Origin: Zygnema circumcarinatum SAG 698-1b
Taxonomy: Eukaryota > Plantae > Zygnematophyceae
Direction: 5' to 3'
DNA length: 64,000 bases
NCBI GenBank assembly: GCA_037447605.1
Contig: CM074809.1
Coordinates: forward strand, 248,001-312,000
Shown piece by piece: positions 35,876 through 47,885 of this stretch; position 1 is the first letter of the stretch, and every line of letters begins with the position of its first letter. Below the pieces are notes generated by a model that was given only the letters and a program-made list of their open reading frames with translations, was not told the origin of the DNA and searched no databases. Position numbers and translations under genes: made by a program.

Positions 35876-38800
35876 ATGGACGCGACACGTGTCCCAAGGT
35901 GGCGACCCGTTCCAGAAACCGCCACGTGGCGGTCGCCAGCTGTGCATGTGCCACGGGGCAGACCCTGCAACTGCCCCATCCCGCCACGTGGCATTGCGCA
36001 ACTGGAGGATGGAGCGCAGTGGGGCCCACCTCCCGTGGCAGATTATGCCGCGCTGTTCGCACGTGCGAAGGGCCCAGGCGGCGGCGCGCCGCCCCTCTTC
36101 CTGGCGCCCATGGAACAGCTCGGTGATTCCGTTTTCCGTAAAGCTATCGCATGTAACGCCCACCCCCCCCCCCCCCCCTTCCCCACACTCCTTTCTATGC
36201 TAAAGCCTTCTATGTTGAAACCCTAATTTTGGTGGTACAGTTTGAGGGTTAGGGTTTAGGGTGTAAGGGTTGGATTGGACTTTAGAACTCGGGGATTATG
36301 CAGTAGGGTTTAGGGTTTTAGGGATTAGGGTTTAAGGGTCTATAGCATGTCAGCAATTTAGGGTTTAAGAGTGTATAATTATGTTAGGGTTTGAGGGTTT
36401 AAGGGATATAGTACGTTTGGGTTTAAGGCCGTATAATATGTTGGGATTTTAGAGTTTTAGAGGTTTTAGAGTTTTAGAGTTAGATTTTAGTTCGGGTAAG
36501 GTTTTGGGGGTTTGAGGATTTAAGGAAAGATCGAGGTTCAAAGCTCAGCGTTTATTATGTGTTAGGGTTTTAGGATCAAGGGTTTATAGCATGTCAGGCT
36601 TGCGGTTCAGGGCTTACATTCTATGTTAGAGTAAGCGCGTATAGAGTTTAGCGTGTCGAGCTTCTTTGGACTATTCTAAAACCCTAAACCCTAAGCCCTA
36701 AATCCTAGACCCTCGAACCGAAACCCTGAACCCTAAACCCTGAAAACCCCAAACCCTGAACTCTAAACCCTAAAAACCCCAAACCCTACACCCTAAACCC
36801 CAAACCTAAACCCTAAACCCTAAACCCTAAACCCTAAGCCCTAAAACCTCCCGCCCCCCCATTGAAGCAGTCAATGTCGGTGGCTTCGACGAAGCATGTA
36901 CGGAATTCATCCGCGTCAATGACCACTCCGCGAGGTGGGACTCTCCTCGTTTTAGGGTTTACATTTTAGGGTTTAGGGTTTAAGGATTGGGGTTTGGGGT
37001 TGAGGGTTTAGGGTTAAGGGTTTAGGGTTTAGGGTTTGGGGAAACACAGATCTGTGCAGTACCATCCGGTCAAGTCGATAAATTTGAACATATCAGATTG
37101 AACAACTGAAGCCATCGACAATTTTAATTGATGGTAATCGACACTTGTGCTTTGCAGACTTCAAGGCTTAACCTATTTTTCTTCTTGAGAATAAACAAGT
37201 TGTATCAGTGCTGCAATTTTAAGAACTTCAAATCTGCCTAATAGCCGTTTAGATTAATATCTTACAGTTTTCTTGTTTTTTCTTTTTTCTGAGCAGACCT
37301 GAAAAAGCAGCTCGAGGGTTGGCTCGGCGCTACGACTGCAGAGAGCTCGGCTCTATTCCTATAGCGGCACAGGTAGCCAGTGCCTCTCTCTCTCCCTCCC
37401 TCTCTCTCCCTCCCTTTCTCCCTCTCCCTCCCTCTCTCGCCCTCTCTCTCCCTCCCTCTCTCCCTCTCTTTCCCTCACTCTCTCCTTCTCTCGCACACAC
37501 GCACTTTTCTCTCTCCCCCATCTTTCTTCCTACCTCTCTCTCGTCTGAGCTTTCTCTCTTTTCGACTCGTTACCTTGCTCTCTCTCCCCCTTTCCCTCAC
37601 ACGCGTTCTCCACTCACTCTCTCATCGCTCTCTCTCTCTCTCACTTCCACGCTTTCCCGCATCCTCTCGACTCCTCGCCCTTCTTCTCTGCTTGCTCTCT
37701 CTCTCTCTCTCGCACTGTCCTCTCCCAATCTCTCCGTCTCCCTCGTCCCCCAAAATTTCTCTCTCGCTCTTTCCCCCTCTCTTCTCTCTCTCTCTTCCCC
37801 ATTCGCTCCCTCCCGCCCTCTCCTTCACGCATCTCCCCCCAACCCTGCCTCCCTCTACTCTCCCCCTCTCTTCTCCGCCCCCTCTCTCTCCCCCTCTCCC
37901 TCCCTCTCCCCCTCTCCCTCCCTCCCCCNNNNNNNNNNCCCCCTCTCCCTCCCTCCCCCCCTCTCCCTCCCTCTCCCCCTCTCCCTCCCTCTCCCCCTCT
38001 CCCACTCTCTCGATCGCCCTCTTCCTTTTGTTTATCCATTCCCCCATTTCCAAGGCCTGCATTCTCAACTTTTCACTCGTGGTTTCCAGCGCTTCTCTCG
38101 GCGCAGGTCATGGGTTCGAACCCCGAGATGTGCGCTCGAGTGACGCGCGTTCTCGCCCTTGAACGCGGAGCGCCGCGGGTCGATCTGAACTGCGGCTGCC
38201 CGGCCAATACGGTCACAGGGAAGGGGGCCGGGTCAAGGTACAACCCTAATTTTTTATATTGTTAAATATATGAATTTTTGAACTAGGGAATTACTATTTA
38301 CACACCTTTTTGGCTAGATACACACGTTTTTGGTAAAATAAAACCCTTAAATACCCGAAAATCCTAAAAAAGCCTAAAATCTGACCGGCGGAAAAAGGTG
38401 TGTATCTAGCCGAAAAAGGTGTGTAAATAGCATTTTCCTTGAATTAAGCCTTGTACCCTTGTTTAACTACTACTAATTTTTTCAGTGATTATGAATGTGG
38501 ATAGTAGATAGTAATGGGAGAGGAGGGAGGGAGGGAGGGAGCAGTCTCCTGCAGACTCCCGGGCGGCTGCGGGAGTTGGTGGCAGCCATGGTCCGCGCAG
38601 CGGAGGGCAAACTGCCCGTCACTGTCAAGATGCGCAGCGGGTCAGTTGGCCCGAGGTTTAGGGTTTAGGGTTTAGGGTTTGGGGTTTAGGGGTTAGGGTT
38701 TAGGGTGTAGGGTTTAGGGTGTAGGGTGTAGGGGTTTAGCGTTGAGGGTTTAGGGTGTAGGGTGTAGGGTGTAGGGGTTTAGCGTTGAGGGTTTAGGGTG

Positions 38801-40006
38801 TAGGGTTTCGGGTGTAGGGTGTAGGGTTTCGGGTGTAGGGTGTAGCTTTCAGACTTCAGGGTTTAGGGTTTTAAAAGGGGTTTAAGGTTTACGGACTCGA
38901 TTTTGCTGGAGTCTGTAGGATTGAATGCCACGTGGGAGGTTTTGAATCTTACTGACCACTTTTGTTTCTGCTCTCCCCTCTCTCCCTTTCCCCGCTCTCC
39001 CCCGTCTCTCCCTCTCCCTCTCTCCCGTCTCCCTCTCTCCCCTCTCCCCTGTCCCTCTCCCTCCTCTTTTCCTCTCTCTTGCCCCCCCCTCTCGCTCTCT
39101 CCTTCTCCCTCTCCCTCTCCCAACTCCCTCTCTCCTCTCTCCCCTCCCTCCTTCTCCCTCCTCTTTTCCTCTATCTTGCCCCCCCTCTCCCTCTCTCTTT
39201 CTCTCCCCTCTCTGCCTCTCTCCTTCTCTCCCTCTCTCCCTCTCTTTCTCTCTCCCACTCTCCCTCTCTCCCCTCTCCCCTCTCTCCCTCACCCCCTTCC
39301 GCTCTCTCCCTCTCCCCGGCCCGCCGCAGATTCCTTGACACTTCGCTGCTGGAAGATAACTTGCTTGCAGCGCAGGTGAGAGATAGAACCTCTGCTGACG
39401 TGGACCCTAGGGCCTAGGGATTAGAGACTCCCTTCCTCCTTGCGGTTTTAGGGTTTCTAGATTTTAAGATTTTGCTTTTTTTTTTAGGGTTTGGGAGTTT
39501 TGGATCTAGTTCCTTGATTACTTCCCATTGGGGGCTTGAGGATCGATATGACTTTTTGGTAAACCAACAACCTTGAAAGGGTTATTTTTTTTTTTTTCTC
39601 TATTTCTCATTTACTTATTCATTTATTTATTCATTCATTCATTTATTTATTTATTGATTCAGGAGGGCGGCGCAGCGTTCATCACTCTCCACCCGCGAAC
39701 AAAGGGAGAGGGCTACAAAGGGGCGGCGGATTGGAGCCTCATTTCTGCCGCCAAAGGACTGCTCAGCATCCCCGTGGTGCGGAAATAAACCCTAAAACCC
39801 TAAACCCTAAATCCCCCGAAACCCTCAAAAATAACCCCTAACAACCTGGAGACAGAGAGGGGGGGGGAGGAGAGGAGAGGGAGAGGGAGGGGGAGGGGGG
39901 AGGAGGGGGATGAAGGGGGAAGATGGGGAGGATGGAGGGAGGAGGGGAGGGGAAAGGGGAGGGGGAAGGGGTGGGGGAAGGTGATGGGGGAGGGAGGGGG
40001 GGGGGA

Positions 40007-40062
<56 letters not shown>

Positions 40063-41502
40063 AAGAGAGAGAGAAAAAGAGAGAGATGATGAGGGATGGG
40101 GATGCAGGTCGGGAACGGCGACGTGACAAGTGTCGACGCCGCCAAACGGATGTTGCGAGAGACGGGCTGCGACGCCATCATGATTGGTGAGCGGGCAGCG
40201 GGCAGCGGGCAGCCAAAAAAAGAAAATACTAGCCAATGTTTTTTCTGAAGTTTGAAGGGGTCTTTCGTTATTCGTAAAAAAATTATATCTTAAAAATTGA
40301 GTGGCATTACGGATAAATGAGCTCTGGCTTTAGGACCGAAAAAAAAAAAAAAAAAAGGGAGAGATGTGACGGTTGTGACGTGACGTCGGGAGGTATTGCA
40401 GGGCGAGGAGCCGTACAAGATCCGATGCTGTTTTGGAAGATTCGGGTAATTTTTCTCCCTAAAAAAGCTTTTTTTTTTTTTGGATTCCACTGTACAACAT
40501 GCCTTACTAATATGTAGCCATAACCTTTAGTCAAAATGTGAAGGTTGGTTTTATATCATATCATACACTGACAAATGAATTTTTAGGGCTTGAAATCTTC
40601 TCTGTGATGGTGGTAAGCAGACAGAGTTGGCGGGAGAGAGCGGTGGGAGCGAGAGAGAGAGGGAGAGAGAGGTAGAGAGAGTGCTCCTATTTGTGAAGTC
40701 GCTATCGGCATATCCAGGCAAGGAGGGAGAGGACACGTGTCTGCAGCAGAAAGGGAGGAGTCGCCGCCTTAAGCAGGTCAACATTTCTCTTTTTGGATTA
40801 TTTTACAAGAGTTGGTGGACCTTACGGGTTCTAGGTTTCGGGTTGAGACGGGATTTAGGGTTTAGGGTTTAGGGTTTAGGGTTCAGGGTTCAGAGATTAG
40901 GGTTTAGGGTTGTTTAGGGTTTAGTTTAGGGTTTAGGGTTCAGGGTTCAGGGATTAGAGTTGAAGGTTTAGGGATTAGGGTTTAGGGTTAAGGGTTTCAG
41001 GATACGGGTTTAGGCTGTAGGGCTCAGGGTTTAGAGTGTAGGGTTCAGGGTTTCGGGATACGGGTTTAGGGTTTAGGGTTAAGGGCTTAGGGATTAGGGA
41101 TTAGGGATTAGGGATTAGGGATTAGGGATTAGGGATTAGGGATTAGGGATTAGGGTTTAGGGTTGAGGGTTTAGGTGTTAGGGTTTAGGGTCTAGGGTCT
41201 AGGGTTTAGCGTCTAAAGGTTAGGTTTTAGGGTCTTATTGAGGGTTTTAGGGTTTGGATCGAGGGCGTAGGGTCTAGGCTATAGGTTCTCAGAATTAGTA
41301 CTGACAAATGGCAGAGGGCCCTTGGATGGTGCAGGTTGTGAAGTATTTATTTCGAAGAAATCGCCGATTGGCGGAGGCGCTGCCTTCTCTTCTGAAGCGA
41401 TCGGATGACGATTTTTTGTTTTTGGAAGAGCAGATTTTGGCCCTCATTTGTACATATTGGAATATGGAAAATAATTTCGAAAATGTCTTTTCAAATTCGT
41501 GA
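35876..41502 (+). CDS. tRNA-dihydrouridine synthase, bacterial DusC-like, with an N-terminal extension
   Basis: Spliced exons encode LAPMEQLGD, VGGFDEACTEFIRV, AAQVMG, RVDLNCGCPANTVTGKGAGSSLL, PVTVKMRSG, TLHPRT, ADWSLI, VGNGDV and DAIMIGRGA, the FMN-binding Dus TIM-barrel motifs with the catalytic Cys. Confidence 0.9.
36240..37040. repeat. Interstitial telomere-like repeats in DUS introns 1 and 2, both orientations
   Basis: TTTAGGG variants at about 36240-36660 and 36950-37040; CCCTAAA variants at about 36675-36850. Confidence 0.85.
38286..38438. mobile_element. 153-bp MITE in a DUS intron (Mutator-like or hAT-like)
   Basis: TIRs of about 40 bp (GGGAATTACTATTTACACACCTTTTTGGCTAGATACACAC and its near reverse complement). 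Flanks TTGAACTA / TTGAATTA fit an 8-bp TSD with one mismatch. Confidence 0.75.
38655..38875. repeat. Telomere-like (TTTAGGG/TGTAGGG) array just after a DUS donor site
   Basis: Direct inspection. Confidence 0.9.
40850..41280. repeat. Telomere-like array (TTTAGGG, TTCAGGG, ATTAGGG variants) in the last DUS intron
   Basis: Direct inspection. Confidence 0.9.
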
Positions 41503-42570
41503 AAAACCGAAAAGAAGAAACGATCTGCGTGAAGTAACTTGGTTGATTACTGGTTTGCAGTTTTTTCTGTGCCTTTGTCTGCGACTGGCGTTGACATGGC
41601 TTCGGGGTTTTAGGGTTTCTGGAGGTTTAGGGTTTTAGGGTTTCTGGAGGTACAGACAAACAAACTTGAAGCATAGCTGCCTTATTGCCTTTCCATGTTG
41701 AAAACGGAGGAGCCCCCAAAACCCTAAATCAGAAATAAACTCAAAACCCTAAACCCTAAACCCCAAACCCTAAACCCTAAGTCCTAAACCCTAAACTCTA
41801 ATCCCTTAAACCCTACACCAAAAACCCTACGCCCTAAACCTAAAACCTAAACCCTAAACCCTAAACCCTAAACCCTAAAACCCTAAAACCTAACCGTACA
41901 AAAGTCCGTACAATTGTGTCATTTCCGTGCTGTGATACGACGATTCTGTACGGTATAGTTTGTCTGTTCTGGTTGGTACGGTACGGCCCGCTGAGCGTCC
42001 GGAGTCCGGAGCCGCTTGGCGGAGGCCAAGGGCGCCGACGGTTGGCAGCGGCCCCCTTGGATCACACGTGCCGCACGTGTGAACGAGCCGAAGGAAGCGA
42101 CACGTGTCGCTCTGTTCGGATGTACGGACGTGCGAATTAGTGGCCGTGCGTGACGAATCGTGACATAATGTGATGTAACGTGACGTGACGTGACGGAGCC
42201 ATAAGTGGCCTGTGCGGCGCGATTTAGGGCCGGTCACGGCCACTTTTGCAGGGGGAGGGAGAGGGGGAGGGTGAGAGGGAGAGAGGGAGAGGGAGAGGGG
42301 ACAAGGCAGGGAAGGAGTGAAGGGAGGAGGAGAGAGAGGAGAGGGAGAGGAGAGAGTGGGAGAGAGGCGGAGAGGGAGAGAGAGGGAAAGTGAGAGAGAG
42401 GAGGGTGGAGGGTGGAGGGTGGAGGGAGGGGCAAGGGGATCAGAGAGCGAGAGAAAGGGAGAGAGAAGGACAGGGGGAGAGGGAGTAAAGGAGAGAAGGC
42501 AGTGGGGGAGAGGAGCATTGAGAGAGAGAGAGAGAGAGGGAGAGAGAGAGAGAGCCATGTCTGCGTCGCC

Positions 42571-43928
42571 ATGACCTTCTTCCCCGCTTCCCAAGCGCGT
42601 TTCCTGGAAGCTTCCGTCCTCGCAGCGCGGCACGTGTGGCTCTCATGGGGGGTCGACTCCGGAGTGGTGGTGGCCGTGCTGCTCTGCTTCCTGCTGCCCT
42701 CCCTGCACCCTCTCTCTCCCTCTCCCTCCCTTGAGCGAGGGAGGGAGAGAGAGCGGGAGTGGGAGAGGGAGAGGGAGAGGGAGAGAACTGTGAGAGTGAA
42801 GCCATGGGACTCGCAGTGGTCGGCCCTTTTGGAGCGGATCGCGAAGGAGGAGCCTCAAATCGGGTCGAATTTTACAGGTTGGTTTTTTGGATCCATGAAT
42901 GTAGGAGGAGAGGCAGGAGACGGAGGGGAGAGAGAGGGAGGAGAGAGAGAGAGAGGGAGGAGAGGGAGAGGAGTGGGAGGGGAGAGAGAGGATAGGGGCG
43001 AGAGGGAGAGTGGGAGGGAGGTGAGGGAGGCCTAAACCTATGGAGTTTTTTAAAGCGGTTTCAATGATTAAGCGGGGCATTCTTTTCAGAATGCTTGGGA
43101 AGGAATATGTGCTAATAAACGATATATGATGAATAATGCATTTCTTATATGCGCGAAGCAGAGGTTTCTTGCAAAGCCCAGGAGGTTTAAAATCCTGAAA
43201 CCCTAAAACCTGAACCCCTGTAGATGCTGAACATTGAAAGCTCGAGTTCCAACCCCAACCCTAAAGTTGGAACGCAAAAATTCCCGAAATCTCAAAAACC
43301 TGCAAAGGATAATAATAAACCTTTTCAGTTCAAAGAAAATCTCCCAAACCTTCAAATCTGCGGAACCCCAATTTCTTAAACCTTATACCGGAGCTTTCAA
43401 AGCCCCTGAAAAAAAAAATTCTAAACCCACGGAGGTAGTAATCCTCACAACTCCAGAACCCAGTTGGAAGCTCCCTCTCTCTCGGAGTGTAATTCCTTTT
43501 TTCTTTTTTATTTTTTTCTTTTTTTCTTTTTTGCAGAGACAGAGACGAGTGTGTTGAGCGCAAATCCCGTTGGCCGCTTAAAAGTTTACGTGTACGACTT
43601 GCCCCCCAAATACAACCGAAAATTCATAAAAAAAGAGCCCCGCTGCTTATCTCATATGTTCGCAACCGAAATATTTTTTCACGCAAACATTTTGGCCAGC
43701 GGCGTGAGGACTCTCAACCCGGAAGAGGCCGACTGGTTCTATGCTCCAGTTTACACCACATGTGACCTCACGTCCCATGGCCTTCCGTTACCGTTCCGTT
43801 CCCCTCGAATGATGCGCAGCGCCATCCTCTACATCTCTCGGCTGTGGCCCTATTGGAACCGTACGGAGGGGGCGGACCACTTCTTTATCGTGCCGCATGA
43901 CTTTGGGGCTTGCTTTCATTATCAGGTG

Positions 43929-44002
<74 letters not shown>

Positions 44003-45596
44003 CCCTCTCTTTCTCTCTCTCTCTCTCTCTCTCACTCTTTCTGCCGCCTTGCCTCCTCTGTGTGTCTCTCTCTCTCTCTCACTCTTTCTGCCGCCTTGCC
44101 TCTCTCTCTCACTCTTTCTGCCGCCTTGCCTCTCCTCTGTGTGTCTCTCTCTCCCTTTCTCTCTCTCTCTCTCTCTCACCCTTCCTGCCGCTGTGCCTCT
44201 CTCCTCGTCATTCCTCCTTATCTTCTGTTTCTCCCCCTCCCTTTCTCTCTCTCTCTCCCTCGCTCAGCCTCTCGCTCCCCTTCCCCCAATATCGCTGTCA
44301 TTTCCTCCCTTTTTCTTTTCCTCTCTTTCTTCCCCTCTTCCACTCATAACCTCTGAAGCTTAATATGACCCACCTCGCACATTAAACAAGAGAAATTTCA
44401 CGCATTTTTGCAGCTATGACTTCCTCTGTGCGTGTGCTCATATAAATTTTCTTTTCTTGTTCTTTTTGAGCAGGAGGATAAGGCCATCGAGCGTGGCATA
44501 ATGCCTTTACTTCAAAGGTCAACTTTAGTGCAAACTTTTGGTCAAAGACATCACATTTGTCTCCAGGAGGGCTCTATTGTAGTTCCTCCCTTTGCTCCCC
44601 CTCAGAAAATTTACACTCATTTAATCGATACATCGACACTGAGAAACACTTTCGTCTACTTCCGAGGATTGTTTTATGATGTTAACAACGATCCCGAGGG
44701 AGGCTACTATGCAAGGTAAGCAAGTAGCTGCTCTTCCTCCTTGCCTGAAAAACCCTAAACCCTAAATCCTAAACTCTGAATCAACATTAGGTCAACTTTA
44801 CACCATCACTCTTACCCTTCCGTAACCTTGATCCGAATCTTGATCTTACCCTAACCCTCATCAGTCCTGACCGTACCGTTACCCCTACCCCTACCCCTAC
44901 CCTAAGGACCCCTAATCTTCACCGTATCCTAGTCGTATCCTCAAGCTCAACCCTAACCCTAACCCTAACCCTAACCCTAACCCTAACCCTAACCCTAACC
45001 CTAACCCTAACCCTAACCCTATCCCTAACCCTACTCTGCACCCAACTTTTGCTTGCAGAGGAGCTCGAGCTTCTGTGTGGGAGAACTTCAAAGACAACCC
45101 TCTGTTTGACATCTCCGCAGAGCATCCTGCCTCGTACTACGAAGACATGCAACGCTCCATCTTCTGTTTGTGCCCACTCGGATGGGCTCCATGGTCTCCC
45201 AGAATCGTCGAATCCGTAGTATTCGGATGCATCCCTGTAATTATAGCAGACGATATAGTTTTACCCTTTGCAGACGCGATTCCCTGGAGAGAAATTGCAG
45301 TTTTTGTGCCCGAAAAAGATGTCCCCCATTTAGACACAATCCTTGCTTCTATAGGACCGCGAAAAATCGTTCAAATGCAGAGGCGACTTTCCAATCCTGC
45401 CGTCAAACGAGCAATGCTTTTCCCTCAGCCGGCCCAACCGGGAGATGCGTTTCACCAAGTATTGAATGGGCTCGCTAGGAAGCTGCCGCATCCGGCCAAT
45501 GCGAGGCTGCCACCTGGCACACGTGTGCTGAATTGGACTGCAGGTCCCGTGCAGGACTTGAAGCCGTGGAAGCCCGAGTCCGATATTTATTGGTGA
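42571..45596 (+). CDS. IRX10: GT47 exostosin-family beta-1,4-xylosyltransferase (xylan synthase), IRX10/IRX10L-like
   Basis: Exons 42571-42877, 43537-43925, 44474-44715 and 45059-45596 are in phase. They encode PVGRLKVYVYDLPPKYN, MFATEIF, PYWNRTEGADHFFIVPHDFGACFHYQE, DVNNDPEGGYYARGAR, FCLCPLGWAPWSPR and NWTAGPVQDLKPW, with an N-terminal hydrophobic anchor. Confidence 0.93.
44945..45025. repeat. (CCCTAA)n array (TTAGGG type) in IRX10 intron 3
   Basis: About 12 consecutive hexamer units. Confidence 0.9.
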
Positions 45597-47049
45597 TCGA
45601 TCTGGGGTTCAGGGTTTAGGGTTTCTGGTGAGGAAGAAGGATGTTCCTAATGAAGAGAAGAGAAGAGGAAAAGGAGGGAAGAGAAGAGAAAATGAGAAGA
45701 GATTGTTTGTGGAATAAGTGGAGCGAACGGCTGCACAGTTGCCAAATCGACAACTAAGATTTTTTTTTTTTTTTTTTCCCCTTTTTTATTTTTTGGTCGT
45801 CTACCCTCTCCCACCCTCCTCTTTTACCACCCCTCCCCCTCCCCTCTCCCCCGGACCAATGGCGGCACGAGTTTACATGTAGCGGATTTCAGTGAAACTG
45901 TCTTAGTTCAACTAGATCGCTGATGTCTCGCATCATGGAACGAGGCGGTTGTGGCAAACAGAACTGGAATCATGTAGCTGGCCCCATAAGTAGAGCTCAT
46001 CTTTCCCCTTTTTTTTTTTTTTTTTGGCAGAGTATGAGATGTGCAGTTGACACTGCAATTAGGGCTAAGAGAGGGTGCTTGACTTAGAACGTTTCCATGT
46101 GGCTTCCCCGCAACCAGACTGATCACGGAACTGTAACTGCTCAAACCCATGTATACCGTTGCTCTGTTTTCAAACAGTTAGCAGTGCTCGAGTTTGTGCC
46201 ATTTCAGCTTCTGTGCCCATTTCCATTCTAAATTCAGTTTCAGTTTCAGTTCCGTCTGCGTAGACGTAGAATTCACCAAATGAGTCTCTGCCATGAGTGT
46301 CTCTCCCTCCCTCTCCCCCCCGCCCTCCCTCTCCCACTCCCTCTCCCCCTCGCCCTCCCTCTCCCCCTCCCTCTCCCCCCCGCCCTCCCTCTCCCCATCG
46401 CCCTCCCTCTCCCCCTCCCTCTCCCTCCGGCCCTCCTCCCCCTCCCTCTCCCCCTCCCTCTCCCCCTCGCCCTCCCTCTCCCCTTCCCCCGCCCTCTCCC
46501 CCTCCCTCTTCCCCTCCCCCAAAAAGCTTGTTAGAAGTGACATGATGTTGTTTGGGTTTCAATCCACCACTAATCAGTCTAGAAGTGGAAAGTTTGTTGA
46601 ACAACAACTTGCTTTCAATACATTACATTACATTTTTTTATTTTTTAAGAAATTAATCGCACTGGCCTAGCCATCACCACACTCCCATCTTCGAATAGTG
46701 ACTCGCCACGTGTACATGCATACACGTGGCGAACCGCCATTGGAGAAGTTTGACGAAAGGAGAGGGACGACGCGAGGGAGAAGGCTCGAGTTAGGGTTCA
46801 GAAGCGGCCACCGACGCGCACATGTACGGAAATTCCGGTGAGGAGCGCCTGGCGTGATTTGTGGGAGCGTCCTCCCAATGGTAATGCGACACGTGGATAG
46901 CCTTCCAGTAAAGAGGGAGAGCGAAAGAGCGGGAGAGCGGGAGTGTGGGAGAGGGAGAGTGGGAGAGAAAGTGGAAGAGAGAGTGAGGGGAAGAGAGAGA
47001 GAGGGGGAGAGAATGTGAGAGAGAGCGGGAGGAGAGAAACAAGACAGCC

Positions 47050-47815
47050 ATGAACGCCTCTCGAGCGAGCAAGCTGTGCTCGAGATGGCTCCTCTCCGAC
47101 TCGCGGAGAATGTGCGCAGGCGCTTCCATGAAGCCAGTTCCGTCGGCTTTGACGGCGCGCCAACTGCCGTTCCATGTCGGAAATGCGAATGCGAATGCGA
47201 ACGCGCGGCGGCACGTGTCGTCCTTTGAAGGGCCCTCGCACCGCGCGCTGCTCGTGGACGCGGCGGGGACCCTGCTCGAGCCCGCACAGCCGGTCACGCA
47301 GGTGGGGGAGGGAGGCAGAGAGGGGGGGAAGAGGGAGAGAGGGGGAAAAGGGGAGAGGGGAGGNNNNNNNNNNGAGGGGGGAGGGGGAGAGGGGGGAGGG
47401 AGTGAGGGAGGAGGGGATGAAGGGCGAGGAGGGGAGGGGGGAAGGGGAAGGCGGGAGGGGGAAATATACCGCTTAAGACTTTTTTGGCATTTTAAATGAG
47501 CGAATTAGTTTCCTAGCAAAGTCCTGCTTAGTTGAAAGGTTTTTTTTTTTATCAAGTGTTTTCTGTGAACAGGTTTATCTCGAGATTGGGCGAAAATATG
47601 GAGTTTCGTATTCAGAGAAGGAAATTCTTGAGCGGTATCGAGATGCATATGCGAGGCCGTGGTGTCATTCGATATTGAGGTGCAAACAGCTAATGTGTAC
47701 CATAAAATGTTTTAAAAAGCCCAGATAAAAATATACTTCAAACATTTACTGTATGCGACCTTGAAATATGTAACGCATTCAAAGGTTGTCAAGGTTTTGA
47801 TGGATGAATGAGAGA

Positions 47816-47885
<70 letters not shown>

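Noticed and set aside
38110-38130. tRNA T-loop-like GGTTCGAACC
   Set aside because: It lies in a DUS coding exon (MGSNPE) with no cloverleaf.
45900-46620. Small gene between IRX10 and the HAD gene
   Set aside because: Short ORFs dominated by CT/GA repeats, with no recognisable protein or RNA motif.
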